From assembly GCA_963719315.1 (NCBI GenBank), contig CAVRBU010000009.1, positions 34,011 through 98,010 of the forward strand: a DNA stretch of 64,000 nucleotides, given 5' to 3'. Below are positions 62,883-64,000 of the stretch, piece by piece (position 1 is the first letter of the stretch; each line of letters opens with the position of its first letter). The DNA is from an uncultured Planctomycetota bacterium. Its GTDB lineage: Bacteria; Planctomycetota; Planctomycetia; Pirellulales; Lacipirellulaceae. The position numbers and the translations under genes are program-made. The notes under the pieces are model-generated. The model was not told the DNA's origin. It did no database searches and saw only the letters and a program-made list of their open reading frames with translations.

Positions 62883-63222
62883 GTGGCTGAAAAATACTAT
62901 CTTTCAACCAATCATTAACAAGGAAATCCGACAAGATCATCTTCGAAGATGACCAATGCCCGGCCTTCCACGACATCGCCGCTCAGGTGCCGACGCATGC
63001 GCCGGTGATTCCCAATCGCCCGATCGAATCGATCGCCACAATCGCCGATGACGACGCGGACCTGGTTGCCCACATCCGGCTCGTGATCTGCGACCTGGCA
63101 AAACAACCAGACTTTACGGCGGTGACGCGTCGTGGTTAACTGTGGCTGCGACGGCGGCCAGTCGGTAATCAGTCGCATTTTCACCTGCGAGGCGGCCGGC
63201 AAAACGTCGGCCGCCAGGTCAG
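62883..63222 (+). pseudogene. HIT-family nucleotide-binding protein (HinT-like), corrupted by indels and substitutions
   Basis: Across frames: AEK-TIF..II.KEI...IIFEDDQC.AFHDIAAQ.PTH..VIP...RVVVNCG.DGGQSV..HFHL.GGR...PPG. Confidence 0.75.
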
Positions 63223-63443
63223 AAATCAAATGAGAAGAATCTTCGAACCGCTCGTGCGTAACATAGTACTCGGGAAGTTCTCGCTACCGCGCTCCGGCGA
63301 ATCCCCGAGCTGCCTGCCAATATAGGCCTGCCGCCAGGCATGCTCTTGAGAATATAATGACACGCAGGGACTACGCGCCATCAATCAAGCCGCCCGGCGT
63401 CTGGCCGAACACCGCCATCTCACCCGAGCATCTGGGTTTCTGT

Positions 63444-64000
63444 ATGATTAAAACAGCCGTCGCGGACCTTGTTTTGATCACAGTGTCGCTGATCGCTACC
63501 TGGTGGTATCGGCAAGACACCAAGCCGACTCCGCCGGCCCTGCGAACGGCGTCGGTCGAACGGAGCGATTTACTGTTCATGATCGATGCAACTGGGACCG
63601 TCGAGCCGGAGGAGGTCGGGACGTCCGCGGAGGTTGCCGGCAAGGTCCAGAACCTGGGCGTTGATCCTCGTGATCCGGAATGCACCATCCATTATGGCTC
63701 TCCGGTAAGCGTCGGACCGCGCTCCGCGATTGATGACTCGCTGTATCAGTCTGATGTTAACAGGCAGAAGCCCAGGTCGACTCCGCAGAAGCGTTCGCGA
63801 ATCCACCGCCGCTCAAGTTGTCGAATCGCAGGCGAATGTCGAACGAGCCGAAAAAGACTTGTTGCAAATGCGATCCAAGCTCTTTCAGGCCGATCGCGAT
63901 TGGGTACGCGTTCAGGACCTGTGGAAGTCGTCGCCAAGCGCCATTCCCGAGTCCGATTATGATCAAGCCCGCTCCACCTATGAATCCGCCGATGCCATGG
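63444..64000 (+). CDS. RND efflux periplasmic adaptor (membrane fusion protein), N-terminal part, frameshifted and cut by the window edge
   Basis: TM anchor, then TASVERSDL...IDATGTVEPEEV...VAGKV...YGSPV...IDDSLYQ. Confidence 0.7.

Noticed and set aside
62915..63229. Minus-strand 104-aa ORF
   Set aside because: Shadow of the corrupted HIT gene on the plus strand.

Overview
GC-rich bacterial window, most consistent with a Planctomycete (Pirellulales-like). This taxonomy is inferred from gene content (DUF1207, PEP-CTERM, PepSY-like proteins, the RFSLRTLL membrane-protein family), not from a marker gene. (1) 1-7 kb: housekeeping and hypothetical genes plus tRNA-Glu(CTC). (2) About 7-28.3 kb: a ~21 kb minus-strand respiratory operon. 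It encodes a Rieske protein with a repeat-bearing N-terminal extension, a split b6-like cytochrome b, a ~1550 aa octaheme cytochrome c with a PDZ-like segment, two putative blue-copper proteins, a diheme c lipoprotein, A2-type heme-copper oxidase subunits II/I/III/IV, CtaA/CtaB, an ABC-2 exporter, SCO and DUF420. It is preceded by a Rex/CRP-like palindrome. (3) 28.7-46.5 kb: core genes (purD, queC/E/F, dksA-like, htrA-like, nucleoside hydrolase, trpD) with several small MITE/REP-like elements between them. (4) 46.6-60.9 kb: an accessory region with an intact IS630 whose two flanks do not match, and an integrase-less primase-polymerase element ending at an orphan 5' half of tRNA-Ser(CGA). (5) 61-64 kb: recognisable but heavily error-ridden genes. 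Many single-base frameshifts in conserved genes probably reflect long-read sequencing error. No rRNA or CRISPR array was seen.
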